Part shown: one piece after another, positions 12,093 through 25,232 of the stretch | Position numbering within the stretch: the first letter of the stretch is position 1 | How the letters are laid out: every line of letters begins with the position of its first letter | Source: Octopus sinensis | Taxonomy: Eukaryota | Assembly (NCBI RefSeq): GCF_006345805.1 | Contig: NC_042998.1 | Coordinates: forward strand, 78,678,001-78,742,000 | Reading direction: 5' to 3' | Length of the DNA: 64,000 bases | The notes under the pieces: generated by a model | Told to the model about the DNA's origin: nothing | Database searches by the model: none | What the model saw: only the letters and a program-made list of their open reading frames with translations | Made by a program: the position numbers and the translations under genes

Positions 12093-14030
12093 ATCATCAT
12101 CATTCTCATCAATTGGATTGTTCAACAGGAATTAAAAAGTCAGAAGGCTGCATCATATTCAAGTGTCTGCTTTGGTATGGTTTCTATGGCTGAATGCCCT
12201 TCCTAATGCCAACCACTTTACAGAGTGGACTGGTTTATTTTGGTGATACCAACAGCAGTGAGTTTACCAAGTAAATTGTAAGACAAGACCCCCTCCCCCT
12301 CAGCTGAGTGGGAAGTTGTACTGAGGGATAGAAATAGGTGTCTTGCAGTAGAGGAGAAACATAGCTATCTCGGGTGGAAAGAGAGGAGACAGAGAGATAG
12401 AGAGGAACAAGAAAATGAAGATGTGACAGGGTGTACACCCAAGTTGCAGGGAGGCGTATATAGTGAAGTGAACCAGGAGTGGGGGGGAAGTTTGCAGGAG
12501 TGCAAAAGGAGAATGAGAGATGGCAGGGGAATGTAGTGAGTGAGCACAAGTTGAAGGAAAAGGTATTAGGAGGATATGTTGTGAAGAAAAGATTCGACGG
12601 TGGGGGGGGGATATTGTGTGCAAGTAGGTTTGCAAGGGAGATTGAGAGATAGAGGAGAGGGGAATACAGCAGGTGGTGAGCACAGGTAGGGGAAGTGGGA
12701 GGTGTTGGAAATATGGGATGTTGACTAGAGGCTTGGCAGAGACAGATTGTGTAGTGGGGAGTGCATGGACATAAAGAGTGTGTCTTTATATCTTCGATTT
12801 TTCTTTGCTTTGTGGGTCTTCTCAAACACAGCAAATCACCATTTTGATCCTTTGTTATCTCCTCTCTGAGGCTCAAGGTTATTTTTCACCACTTTGTCCC
12901 ATGTCTTCCTAGGTCTTCTTCTTTCACAGGTTCCCTCCAAAATTAGAGATTTACACTTCTTTATGTCAGTCTCTAAAGCACCATGTGACCATACCAGTAT
13001 AATCTTCTCTCTTACATGCTACATCTAATGCCTCTTGTACCCAGTCTTTCTCTTAAAACATTTGCACTTTTTCCTACATACTTACTGACATCGCACATCT
13101 GATGCTGCATGCTGGCTTCAGTTCTTTCAAGCCTTCACATATTCTCTGCATTCACAGTCCATGTTTCCCTATTATGTAGCATAGCTATCCACACACAAGC
13201 ATTATACAACCTGCCTTTTGCTCTGAAGGAAAGGTAATGGCTCTTTGAACTTTGCTCAACTAGTTCTTAATCTAGCAACTATGCATCCTCCTCCAACAGA
13301 AACTACCTACTACTTCTAAGGATCCTATTTGAGGACATCCATTTCCTGTATGTTCATAATGTTTATTGTACCTGCACATCTACCACACTTTCTCTGTTAG
13401 CCTTCCTGTAACTCTACTGCACTTCTTATGAGTCCATACTTGCACCGGCTACATGTTATGGAATTTCAACTTACACCATTTCTATGTATCAAGAAGGGAT
13501 ATTTTTCTGAAGAAATTAGTAATTTGTCTGTTTTCCTGCTCTCTGGTACTTTGGTCATTGTTAACTCTAAGGCCTTTGATTTTAGTCCTTACTTCCACTC
13601 TTGAAATTTATTTAATTCTAATTGAGATTCAGCTATAGGAACAAGGTCACAAGCATAGAGGAACTCCCATGGACAACCAGTTTTAAATTCCTCTGTTATG
13701 GCCTAGAGGACTATGATAAACGAGAAGGGACAAAGAACCAATCCTTGATAACTCCTACTTGCAGATTAAATCCATTGCTATACTCATTGCCAATTTTCAT
13801 CCCTGTACATGGCTTCAACGGATCTTACAAACCACTCATCTACCCCTAGATTCTGCATTGCCAACTAGATGAGTGAGCAAGAGACCCTGTCAGAGGTTTT
13901 CTCCACATTGACAAATGTCAAACACAACTGTTTAGTCTTTGCTAAATGCTTCTCCTGCAGTTACCTTACTAGGAAGATAACATCAGTAATGCACAAAACC
14001 AAACTGCATCTCATCTAGGTTAACTTTCTT
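12093..14030 (-). mobile_element. RTE-clade LINE 3' portion with long pyrimidine-rich 3' UTR
   Basis: The minus strand gives FVNVEKTSDRVS (RT) near 13.9 kb and RPRKTWDKVVK (C-terminus) near 12.9 kb, then UTR and an (ATG)n tail at 12093-12110. Confidence 0.8.
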
Positions 14031-15924
14031 CCTAATATATAAAATGTATGTATGTATGTATATACAAATATGTATGCAAGTTGTATATGCTTGTGTATGA
14101 ATATATGCCTATTTGTTTATATGAGTAGATATAATTATATGAGTTTGCACGCATTTGTATTCATTTTATGGAGATGAATGTGTAGACTTGTGTGTGTTTG
14201 TGTGCATGTGGCTCTGAGAAAATGAAGGAAAGTATTCCCATAATGATAAAATGCTTCTTTTATACTTGTATAAACCATTCCAGCATTCTTGCATTAGAAA
14301 TAATTTGTACTTTATACCTCTGATGGTCTCACTCTTATTAGCTTCAGTTTCTTAATGGTTTTACACTATTGTTATAGTTCTACTATTCTAGCTTCTTGTC
14401 TTCTTTTGTTTCTTCTCTGTTCTCTTTTCAACTCCTGTTCTCTTCTGACATTTTTTCATCTCCTTCCTTCTTCCTACCCCTTCCTCATTCTTTCTCTTTC
14501 TTTCTTCATCTTTTTTTAGTATTCTTGTGTCATCTGTTTCTCCCTAATGCTCCCTTGGTCTTGAATCTTATGTTTTTTTATCTTCTCAATTCTTTTTCGT
14601 CTCTCTTCCTTCTATCATCTTTGTGTTACTTTTCTCTTTTTTTCTTTGTTCAGCCAACAAAATATATATGTGTTCAATCATTCCTATTCATCACCATCAC
14701 ATTCTTCTTGATTGTCTAATGTAGTGATTCTAACATTCACCACTCATTCCATCATCATCATCATCATCATCATAATTTTTATCATCATGATCACTGTTTT
14801 AGACTCAATACCAGCTTTGTTAATTTTTTTCTATTTGATAACTTTTGTCCATCAATTATGTAATATAAAAACATCAATACAAAAGTACAGTAGAATGAGA
14901 AAGAAGTTTTTTGTGATTTTCAAAAATCATAATCTATCTTCAGTTTAATATTTGCACCATGGACTAAATGTAACACACTATATGGGGGCTTTCTTCATTA
15001 CTTTCTTTGCATATTTTTACTCAATGTGTAATCTTGGCTTTTATTTTCTACAATACTTTGTTCTATAATACTTCAATTCACCTAGCTCTTATGAAATTGG
15101 AAACAACTTCTGAATGAGCTGGGAATGTTGCTTTTGTTCCATATCCTGGTTTGTTTCTCGATGACAAAATGATTAAAATCAACTCGGATCATAAGACATT
15201 CCATACATATGTATGTACATCATCATCATCATTTAATACATACATACATACACACACGCACGTACACATGTATGCATGTAATATTGTGTGTGTATACATA
15301 TATATGCACACATGTGTATGGATATATATGCGCACACTTGGGTGTCATCCATCATGTGTTTAGGGAACTTTGGAAGTATACTTTTGCCACCATGGATAAT
15401 TTCATTAAAGTTAACTTATAATTATTGTAAATATGCCATATTCCCTGACATTACGCATGGTGCTAAAAGTATATTAATATTATTGTAGCAGTTGTAGTGA
15501 TATGTTCATTTGGATCAGCTTGCTATAAATTCTTAAGTTAGTGAATACTCTAGTGATTTCTCTGCTAAACTGAACTGGAGAAGCTAACCAGCCAAATAAA
15601 ATTTAGAAAACTATTAACATATATTATTTTGCAAATATACAAATCAGAAATTTTTATAAGTTTTAAGGTGATAAATATATTTCTTTTGAAAATTAGTATC
15701 AAGAAATCTTATAAAAGTTGAGTTACTGAATGTGTCATAATTCCTGATAATACCCTTGGTGACAAAAGTTTTATTTTTGTTACTTATATGACAAATAACG
15801 TGTGTGTGTGTGTGTGTGTGTGTGCTAAAATGCATTTTATGTGTTGCAAACGTCATCTGTTATAGAACTCTGTATGTTGGGTAGAGTGAAAGATATTTAA
15901 GTAAAATTGCTATTTTCCACAGAT

Positions 15925-16205
15925 ACAAGGCTTGTCCTTCAGGTGCTGGTGCCACTTAAAAAGCATCCATGCTGGTGCTGCATTAATGCACTGATGCTAC
16001 GTAAACACACTCATGGTTGTGGCATGTAAACGGCACCCAGCACACTCAGTTAAATAGTTAGCATTAGGAAGGGCATCCAGCCATAGAAACCATGTCACAA
16101 CAGACAGCTGGAGTCTGGACAGCTCTTCAGCTGGCCAGCTTCTGTCAAACCATCCAACTCATGCCAGCATGGAATGAAGACACTAAACAATGATGATAAT
16201 GATGA
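15925..16205 (+). mobile_element. RTE-LINE 3' UTR fragment
   Basis: gcattaggaagggcatccagccatagaaacc...catgccagcatggaa followed by a gat-type tail. Confidence 0.75.
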
Positions 16206-16564
16206 TAATGTATCTACTCAGAGTTTTAACCTAGGCTGTACTGTTCATGACTCAAAACTGAGACTAGACTTATGTAATATATCATGGTGTGCAGTAGTTT
16301 GAATTTTGTGAAGTTAATGACTGTAAAAGCCATTATTAAACAAATAAGAGTAAGCACAATAAATTCATTAGAAACAAGCAACAACTAACAAATAACTAAC
16401 AAATAAATAAAAGAAATCAGTGCAGATAATTAATAAGTTAATCAAAATAATGAATAAATTAATGTATTGCACTGAAGTTGTTCAACCAAAAAAAAACAAG
16501 GCCTACAACTTCTGGTGAAACTCACCCACCCTTCAAATTTGTTGGTATTTACTTTTTAATGCAA

Positions 16565-16850
16565 CATCTGGCTGTGTAGTAAGAAGTTTGTCTCCCAGCC
16601 ACCTGGTTCTGGGTTTAGTTGTGTGCGCGCACGCGTACACACGCACATATATGTGTGTGTTTGCTCCTGTATCTGTCCCCTACCACCGCTTGACAACCAG
16701 TGCTGGTTTGTTTATATCCCTGTAACTCAGTAGTTCAATAAAAGAATCCACCCCTAATATTTATTGGGGTGGATTCATCTGACTAAAATTTCTTCAAACA
16801 CAGTATGGTCACAATCTAATGACTGAAACCTGTAAAAGTTAAAAGATAAA
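16565..16850 (+). mobile_element. Internally deleted SINE family A copy containing a small fold-back
   Basis: The head ggctgtgtagtaagaagtttg is joined to the internal microsatellite and the 3' half (cttgacaaccagtgctgg...aatgactgaaac). There is an inverted repeat at 16744-16776. Confidence 0.7.
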
Positions 16851-16894
16851 CCACAAAAGACAACTTTGTACAATTTAGAGTTCTTGAGCTATCC

Positions 16895-18758
16895 TGTTTC
16901 TGAAATAGCAAGCTTACCATTTTTATCCTTTGCTAAAAGGATTTCCATCAACTTTGTATAATCCTCTTCCTGCAACAGTGATGGTTCTGGGAACAGAACT
17001 CTCGCAGAAAAATTTGCTACCTTCTCTTTGTTGCCACCTTGCAGCCAACTCCATATTGCACATACTTGGCAAATCTTCTCCACTTCTATCTTTTTCTATC
17101 CCTCCATGTCCATTACATTGCATACACATTACCTGTGTGTGAAAGAATCTTCAGTCACTTCAAACCAGCAAGGCTACTGATACTGTTAGTGTTCTTTCAC
17201 TGTTCTGAAGTACACTGTTATATGCACTAAACTCTTCAACGCCCTCACCCTCTACAGAGATGTATTCTGATTTTTTGAAACCTGCTACCATGTATTCTAT
17301 CCTGCCAAAAGGCAATCCTTTTGTCCTACTACCACTTCATTACAGTCACTTCTCATATCTTTAAGGTGTCTGCCTGTAGAGGCACATGGCCTAGTAGTTA
17401 GACCAGCAGACTCACGGTCGAGGGATCGTGGGTTCGAATTTCAGACCGGACGGTGTGTGTGTTTATGAGCGAAACACCTAAGCTCCACGCGGCTCTGGCA
17501 GAAGGTAATGGTGAAACTTCTGCTGACTCTTTCGCCACAACTTTCTCTCACTCTTTCCTCCTGCATCTTGCAGCTCACCTGCAATGGACTGGTGTCCCAT
17601 CCAGGTGGGGAACCTATACGTCAAGAAACCGGGAAACCAGCCCTTATGAGCCAGGCATGGCTCGAGAAGGAACAAACACAAACCAAAAGGTGTCTGCCAT
17701 GCAAATCTCCTGTTGAAACTTCTGCATAAGTGCTCCACCTCTCTCTCATTACTTGGACTGGTAGCTTCCTATCAGGTTGCATTATTGCTAAATGCAACAA
17801 TGAAGCTCTTTCTATCCCTCATTTTATCAACTCTGGCTTTAGGTTTAATTTTTACTTCGTACTATCTTTCTTTAGAACATCAGTGACTTACTTACTACTA
17901 CATCCAGCAATATCTATCCACTTTTATGCAGATGACAATAATACTCTTCATTCTTCCTTAATGTGCCTCATGTGTTGTCCTTTTGCATTCTAAACTCCAC
18001 ATGCTGATTCAATGAACACAAACCTCCAAAAGTACCCTCTAATGGGAATATACTACTCGTCTCTTTCAACAGCAAGAAAACACAAACACTACACATATCA
18101 AGAAAACTTAATCATGAGTAAGCACTCAGCTAGAGTCCTCAAAATCATGCACTCACCAAATATTTCTTCTGGCAAAAGCACATTCTCAGTTTAGCCAGAA
18201 AAGCATCTCACTGACTTGATTTTAATTTCAGGCAAGGAAGATACCACTGGCCCCAACATCTAGTGATACTACAAAGCTCAGGTGAAATTCACAATGGGGT
18301 ATTACTTCCACATATGGAATGGTGTTGCTATAAACACAGATATCCTAGACCACCACCAAGAAAATAATCCACCTAACTGATTGGCATAAAGTCACAAACA
18401 TGCTCTAAGCTTTGGCTCACAGACAAAATGCCTCTTCTTCTTGTCTGTTCTACCACTACCATACTGGCTGTAACTCCTCAGAGCAGTGCACGTTATCCTG
18501 CCTCGACTGAGGCATTCTTCTCCTCCTCTTATTGCTTTTGTTTTTCTAACCACCCCTTAGGTTCCATGTTAATTGCTATGCCTAGTCCTTTCATCCCAAA
18601 ATATTAGCTCTCTGGAATTCCTTCCCAGCTCATATCTTTCCTGCAGGTGTCTCTTTACAAAAGTTCAAAAGAAACATTAAATGACATCAATCTTACTAGT
18701 GTAGGGGGACCTGCAAAGACCATAGGTACTGCCCCTTGCAGTAAGTAAAAGAAAAAAA
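16895..18758 (+). mobile_element. CR1/L2-type LINE remnant (RT and C-terminus), interrupted by a SINE
   Basis: WTGSFLSG...INSG...IHFYADDNNTLH (ORF 17730-17993, YADD motif) and ALWNSFPAHIFPAGVSLQKFKRNI near 18620-18680, then an A-rich tail at about 18745-18758. Confidence 0.8.
17375..17686 (+). mobile_element. tRNA-headed SINE with 12-bp TSD
   Basis: A-box-like tggcctagtagtt and B-box-like ggttcgaatt. The TSD aaggtgtctgcc is at 17363-17374 and 17687-17698. Confidence 0.9.
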
Positions 18759-21700
18759 GCATAATCTTTGTCTAGAAATCTTGAGTTTTTTTGGAATTGT
18801 ATTTATTTTGTGACCAGCTTGTTATGCTTTGTATTTTTCTAATACAACCTTCTCTCTTATTTTTAATTAACTGATTAGATACTGAGAAACCTTGAGTTTT
18901 TAGTTGTTACTTAATAATGAGTATGTAAATCTCATTAAAATCTTTGTAATAATAAAGCTAATTACTTCGTATTGGGTTCTTTTTATTCCAGCATGAGATC
19001 ATTTCATTAAATTGGCCTCAGTAAATTACTAACATTACTTATTTCAATTCTTACCCTCTTCCTCCAAATAAAGCATTCTCTTGTGCATACATATGCACAC
19101 TCTCATGCACAGACAGACACACACGTACAAACACACACACACACACACACACATACCTGCACGTAATAAGGTAGGTTGAATATGAAGGGCAAAATTGAGT
19201 ACCTGTTGGGATTTTGAACTTAAAACACTGTGAGATAGGTTAAAATGAAACAGGCTATACAATTAGTTTCCAGCCCATTATAGCTTTGAAGCTCTACTGT
19301 TTCCACAAACTCAATGTTGTAAATTTTTTAATTAGTATGCAGAACTACAAATGATATTTGCAAATATAACTGCTTTCAATTTTCCTATTGTGTTTCCCTA
19401 TTTGCAATAAACTATCAACTGCACCCTCTTTCCATCATTCTTCTCACCCCTATTGCTCCTCATTCCTTAACCTCTGCTTTCTAATGGAGTTGTGGTAGTC
19501 TGAACATTAAAGTTACCAATCATACTACTACGACAACTAGAGCATTATTACAAACACATTTTCCACATGTGTGTTTATAATTACGCAGCTGTCACCATTG
19601 TACCATTGTATCACTACACTACCTTTATATCTTTACATCCATCATTACAACATAACAAAAGCATTACTCAATTGCAGCTACCAATGTAGGATCGTACATA
19701 TACTGTAAGAGATGTGTTCATCCTGTAAAAAATATAAAATAAAATAAAGGCAGATTTTAACTTTGAATACTTTTAACTTCAAATGTTTTTGATCATAGAT
19801 CCGCTCTATTGAGAATAACCTAAACTAAACAATGACAACAGAAAAAAACAATTCATTAGATATTACTGAACACTTTATTATTTTATTGGGCATACAGCCA
19901 TATTGTCATGTGTTCAGCATCATATCTTTGCCATAGTCTAGAACCTCAAATAGGTATCTAAAATTACCTCAAAAAATATTTGTATCTGTCAATTTATTGT
20001 CGTATCATTCTTAGTTTTTATTCTCCTTATAAGTGTGTATCTGTGTGTACGTGTATGAATAGATGTGCGAGTAAAAAGTTTTTCATTCTTCTTATTAAAC
20101 CCCTAAAGGTTGTATGTAAATGAAGTTCATTGCTTGAACTTTTGTTATCAAAATTATCTATCAATAAAACGATGAACCTTATTTTGTTGCAGTAGTTGGA
20201 AGGAGGTGGGAAACAGTTTGAAAATTTATGCCTTTTCCAAAGAAATAGGGATGAGATCTTGTTGGTGCATTCAGTGGTTGATCAATTGAAGCATTGAAGA
20301 ATAATGATATGGCATGCATTTTTATGCTATTGAGTTTTTTTTTACTGCTGAATATATTTTCTGTAAGTTTAATAAATATAAAATATATACGCATACTACT
20401 GTTCCTCCCAAAATTTAAAGATTATGACTAAGGAAGTCTGTTAAAGTCTAATGATTGCATTATATTAACCTTGCTGTTAAAACTGTTTCAGTCATTGCAC
20501 ACATATGGCATGGAAACAACTTGTAGAGCTAAGAATTTGCTTAGCATTTCTAACATTTTAACTCTCTTTCCTAAGATTCAGAGAATTTAATATACCTCCA
20601 TTTCAAAGTTTTGGTTTTACATGCAATATCTTCTATGCCTGAGTATTTAAAAGAAGTAAACCAACTATTTACTCTCCAAACTTTAACTGCTGTTGAATTA
20701 AGGAAGTGAATTAATGGATGCTGTTGCCATAAGAGGTGCGCAAGAAACCCAAGTACTCAATTTTATCACCACAATCGTTACCTCTTATGTTAGTCACTTA
20801 ATCTTTTCAAAATAGCTGCCAAATCTTTTAAATCATGTGAGGAAATATAGTTGTTTTGATCAGCTCAGGTTGTTATGAATAACAGAGAAGATCTTGATTG
20901 TGGTAGCAATAATCATGAACCACACTTGCTGATATGATTTCTGCTATGATTTCTACTCTATATATGGAGCTTTTGACCAAACTAGATTTAGATCTCATTG
21001 CTCTTGTGAGAAAGATGATAAAATGAATGTTAAACATTGTAAGAATGTCTAACAGGAGCACAATACTCCAGTTCCAGTTGGTGTAGGAAGTAATGTACCA
21101 ATTGAAGTGTTTTCAGATAACAGGAAAAGTGAAGTCGGCATTTGGCCATGGCATAGTGATGATATTCAAGGAGTTGTACAATTGTTGCAGCTCCCATTTT
21201 ACTTCTTGTCAGATCCTCAACATATAAGAAATCACTATCACTGCCACTACCAACATCACCATCATCAGCTTTGTGGCAAGCACTTTACTGGAGGCAGCAG
21301 TACCTAAATCACATAAAAAAGACCTTTGGTCAAAAGCATGAATGTCATAAGTTGTTGTTTACCTTTCATTCCTCAAAAAAAGAAAAAAAGGAAAAGAAAG
21401 AATTAATGTATATGTATTCATTTTGCTGGATATTTATCCTATTTTATTTTCATATACTTTGTCTTCTTTCATCACTTTAAAATTATATATTTATCAGGAA
21501 TAAATTCTAAAGACAAGTGAGGCTAAAAGTCTAAAATGAGTTGGTAATATATTTTTTGTTGGTTCATTACTACCATCTTTATGTCCTTCCCAACTATTAC
21601 CCCTGCTCCTATACAAGGTGGGGCAGCCATGCAGCTCTTCTGTAGAAAGACGCTTGTGTTTTCCTATTATACTTTAACTTTTTCAACACCTGGTATAAAA

Positions 21701-21837
21701 CCAATTAAACCCCCTCCAAAAAAAAAAAAAAATTCCCGACTTGTGGCAGGTGCTTTTTCCTTTTTTCCTTTCTGTCTTGCAAGTTAATCTTGCTAGTGCT
21801 CATAGGTCAAAAAAGAAAAAAAAAAAGGGAAAAACAC

Positions 21838-22010
21838 TGTAAAGGGGTTGGCATTAGAAAGGACATCCAGTCATAGAAACCATGCCAAAGCTGCCACTGG
21901 AATTCAGTGCAGCCCAGTGGCTGGCTCTCTCTCTGTATCCTATCAAACTGTCAAACCCATGCCAGCATGGAAAATGGATAGTAGAAGATAATGACAGTGA
22001 TAATGATGAT
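21838..22010 (+). mobile_element. RTE-LINE 3' UTR fragment
   Basis: ggttggcattagaaaggacatccagtcatagaaacc...cccatgccagcatggaaa followed by a gat-type tail. Confidence 0.75.
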
Positions 22011-23396
22011 CAACTTTGAATTTCAACTTCAGAAATGATTGGCCCTTAGTTTAATCTGCAGTACATTTTGATTGGCTTGTTCTCCAATCATCAACAGGTA
22101 GTAAGCCTGTTTCTCTATGCATACTCAGTTCAAGACTGGTACTGAACCAGGAATTATTTTCTTGAACTAAACAAAAGCATTCATATCCACAAGACCACCA
22201 ATTTAAATATTACATAGTCTATATTAATTGTGTTTTTATGCAACTTATTTGCTCATTAATTTACTTTTTTTTTTCTGTTTTCCTTCTCAATCAGTTGATT
22301 TTTTTTTTTCTCTCGAGTACAAAATTATATTATCCCGTTGTATGTTTGCAATATAAACTTATAATATAAATACATTTTACATAATTTGTAAGCTCTATGT
22401 ATATTATATTCAATACACATACTATAATGCATTTTACATAGTTTTGTAAAATAAATTATTGTGAATGTAATATCTATGATAATCAAATATACTTGTTTTC
22501 TCGCTCTTTATGTTACCTACACACACATGTATTTATCTATTTCTCTCTCTCTCTGGCTGTCTATCCCTTTCTTTCTCTCTTTCCTTTTCTCTCTGTCTGT
22601 CTATCTTTGTTTTTCTCCGTCTACCTGGCTGTCTGCCTTTGTGCCCGTCTGACTCCCCCTCTCTTTCTATTTTTCTTTACATTACATAATCCATCTGTTC
22701 CATACATGGACTTTGTCTTGTAGTCACTAGCTTGTTGTCATGGTGTTTTTTTTATGTGTACATGTATGTATATGTGTGGTGTGTGTTTGTGTGTGTGTGT
22801 GTGCGCGCGTGCGTGCGTGCGTGTCGATGTGTCGATGGCAGCTCTGTGAACTACCCCTCCACCTACCACAACAAGCATTGTTTACTTTTTACTCAATAAT
22901 AGTTTTTGGTAAGAACAAAACTTGCTTATGCTGTGACCTAGTTATATCTCTTTCGTTTATTCTATAAGTGTCTGTCTTACTGTCTAGTGAACTGTGCATT
23001 TAAAGAGAGAAAAGAGAAAGAAGAGAATGTATGTGTGTGCGAGTGTCTGGGTGTGTAGTGTACTTCTGAGAATTTATTTTATGTGGTTGTATGTATGTAT
23101 GTATGTATTTTTTTTCTTTTATTCTTTTTATTGGTTACAGTCATTGAACTGCAGCTATGCCAGGGCACCGCCTTCTATTGATGTGATGTAAAGGGAGATA
23201 ATTCAGTTGAACACTAATAGCAACTATAACAATTGAATGTACTCGTTCTGTCACCACCACCCATATACATGCTTCTAACATTTTTTCCTCCCTCCTTATA
23301 ATCTCTAAATACTATTCTATTCCAATGTGACATACAGCGAAATCGAACCTTACATCACGTAGTTGCACAACAAACTCCTTAGCCACATATTCATGT

Positions 23397-23399
<3 letters not shown>

Positions 23400-23462
<63 letters not shown>
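23400..23462. repeat. Perfect (TA)n microsatellite
   Basis: Directly visible. Confidence 0.95.
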
Positions 23463-23465
<3 letters not shown>

Positions 23466-24255
23466 CACTAGGCATTTACGCCTAAGTGTTCTATAACGCC
23501 TTTTCTTTAATGTGTGCGCATGGTTATGGTTTGTATTTCTATGCAATTAGTGTTTGAGCATGTGATTGGGTGTAATATTTCACATCATAATGCGTGTATA
23601 TGTTCGTGTACATATGTGTAATGTAATTATATACACATCTGTATACATATGTGCACTAAATTTTCTCTCTATTCGATAGTTGTGGATGTATATTCAATCA
23701 GTGTATATAAATATATCTTCATCCACATTTTTCTTTTGTATGTGTGTGTGTGTGATGGCACATAAACACCCTCATACACTCTGACTCTCCCTCTATCCCC
23801 CCTCCTTCTCTCTCTCTACATAATACATTGCATATACTTCCCCTCCCATTTCTCTGCATAATTCTCAATTCTTATATTTCTAGTAAAAATTCAATATATT
23901 TATTTTGTTTCAATATGTCACTATTACTGCTTCTGCTGTTGCTTATGATGTTGCTGTTGTTGCTATCAGTCTCAACACCCGTTGTTGTCATGTGTATGAC
24001 ATGTTTGTTATAGATTTCATGTTACCATCTGTCAACAGTACCTATTTTGTGAGGGTTGCTTCATGGCTTAGTATGTCAGTGATATTGTCACTTTTATCAC
24101 CATTATATTCATCATCCTCTTCCATCATCAACATTATATATGTGTGTGTGTATATATATATGTATATAAATAAATGAATATATATCTAAATGTGTGTGTG
24201 TGTGTGTGTGTATGAATATGTATGTATATATATATGCATATGTATGTGTGTGTGT

Positions 24256-24441
24256 GATAGATCGTTAGCCACTACACACATTTTTTTCTCTCCTTGTTTC
24301 TTCTGTGTACCTTTCTGTAGAAGAGCGTAGGCTCGAAACGTAAAAGATTTTTTCTATTCCTGAGCGTTATACTAATACATCTGTTTGTTTTCTACACCAC
24401 CTGTCTTCGTCTTTTGTTTTTTTTTCGTCAACTTTCCCTAG
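24256..24441 (+). mobile_element. Putative Penelope-like element terminal fragment with minimal hammerhead-like motif
   Basis: 24311-24346 folds as cttt-ctgtaga-a-gagc(gtag)gctc-gaa-acgt-a-aaag. It abuts a (TA)n tract at 24443-24500. No RT or GIY-YIG ORF is present, so the class is inferred. Confidence 0.5.
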
Positions 24442-24504
<63 letters not shown>

Positions 24505-24668
24505 CCATTATTATAACATCAACACTGTTATTACCACTACTACTACTGCTGCAAGAATGATAGCTAATATTGGCATCACCATCATCATCATCTCTGCTTT
24601 CAACATTGCCACTCCTTTCAATACATAACAACCACTACACCTATTTTCATCATTATCATCATAATCAG

Positions 24669-24830
24669 TGAAGGATGTCTCTACCTGAACTAGAAATAGA
24701 ACCAGATCTCATCCTACCATCTTAAATTTAAAGAAAATATTGGATAATATTATCCTGGATGCACTATTTGAATAAGACAAGATGGCCATGATCATAGGTC
24801 TGACCTGACTTGGGGTTAAACAACAATCAA
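24669..24830 (+). mobile_element. Dispersed repeat family E (CAA-type tail); other degenerate copies near 30-265, 5800-5945, 6170-6320, 26200-26335, 32320-32500, 34200-34380, 49570-49820
   Basis: The motif tagaaatagcagccaaat...ttggataat...tttgatcataggtctg...gacctgggg.taaacaac recurs in both orientations. Confidence 0.6.
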
Positions 24831-25232
24831 ACCATTGTTACCACAACCATATCATATCAAACACAGTGTCACTGTCACTATTGCCACCACCCTCAAAACT
24901 ATCAATAAGAACATATTTAAAAATAGCGAGACATTTTTTCACACAGTGTAGTAACAAACTTCTTCAGCAAACAATGTAAATTAGCATCAAAGGTGTTCAG
25001 TGTGACTGAGAACCATTTTACCTGCTCTGAGAATTGGAAGTCTGTATCAGGTCTTTGGTCAACATGTTGTACCTGTGGCCAAGACATTTAACTCTTGATG
25101 CCCCCATTCCTCTATTAGTTTGAAGGTATCATGCAACATTAACTTGCATGGAAGTTTGAGCTGCAAGTAACTGTGAAAGTGACTGAGCATTAAAAGTATC
25201 AGATGATGATTACAGAAGGTTGGTGGTTTACT

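Noticed and set aside
12235-12876. 213-aa ORF on the minus strand
   Set aside because: It lies in the pyrimidine-rich 3' UTR of an RTE LINE, has low-complexity P/S/L composition and shows no domain signature.
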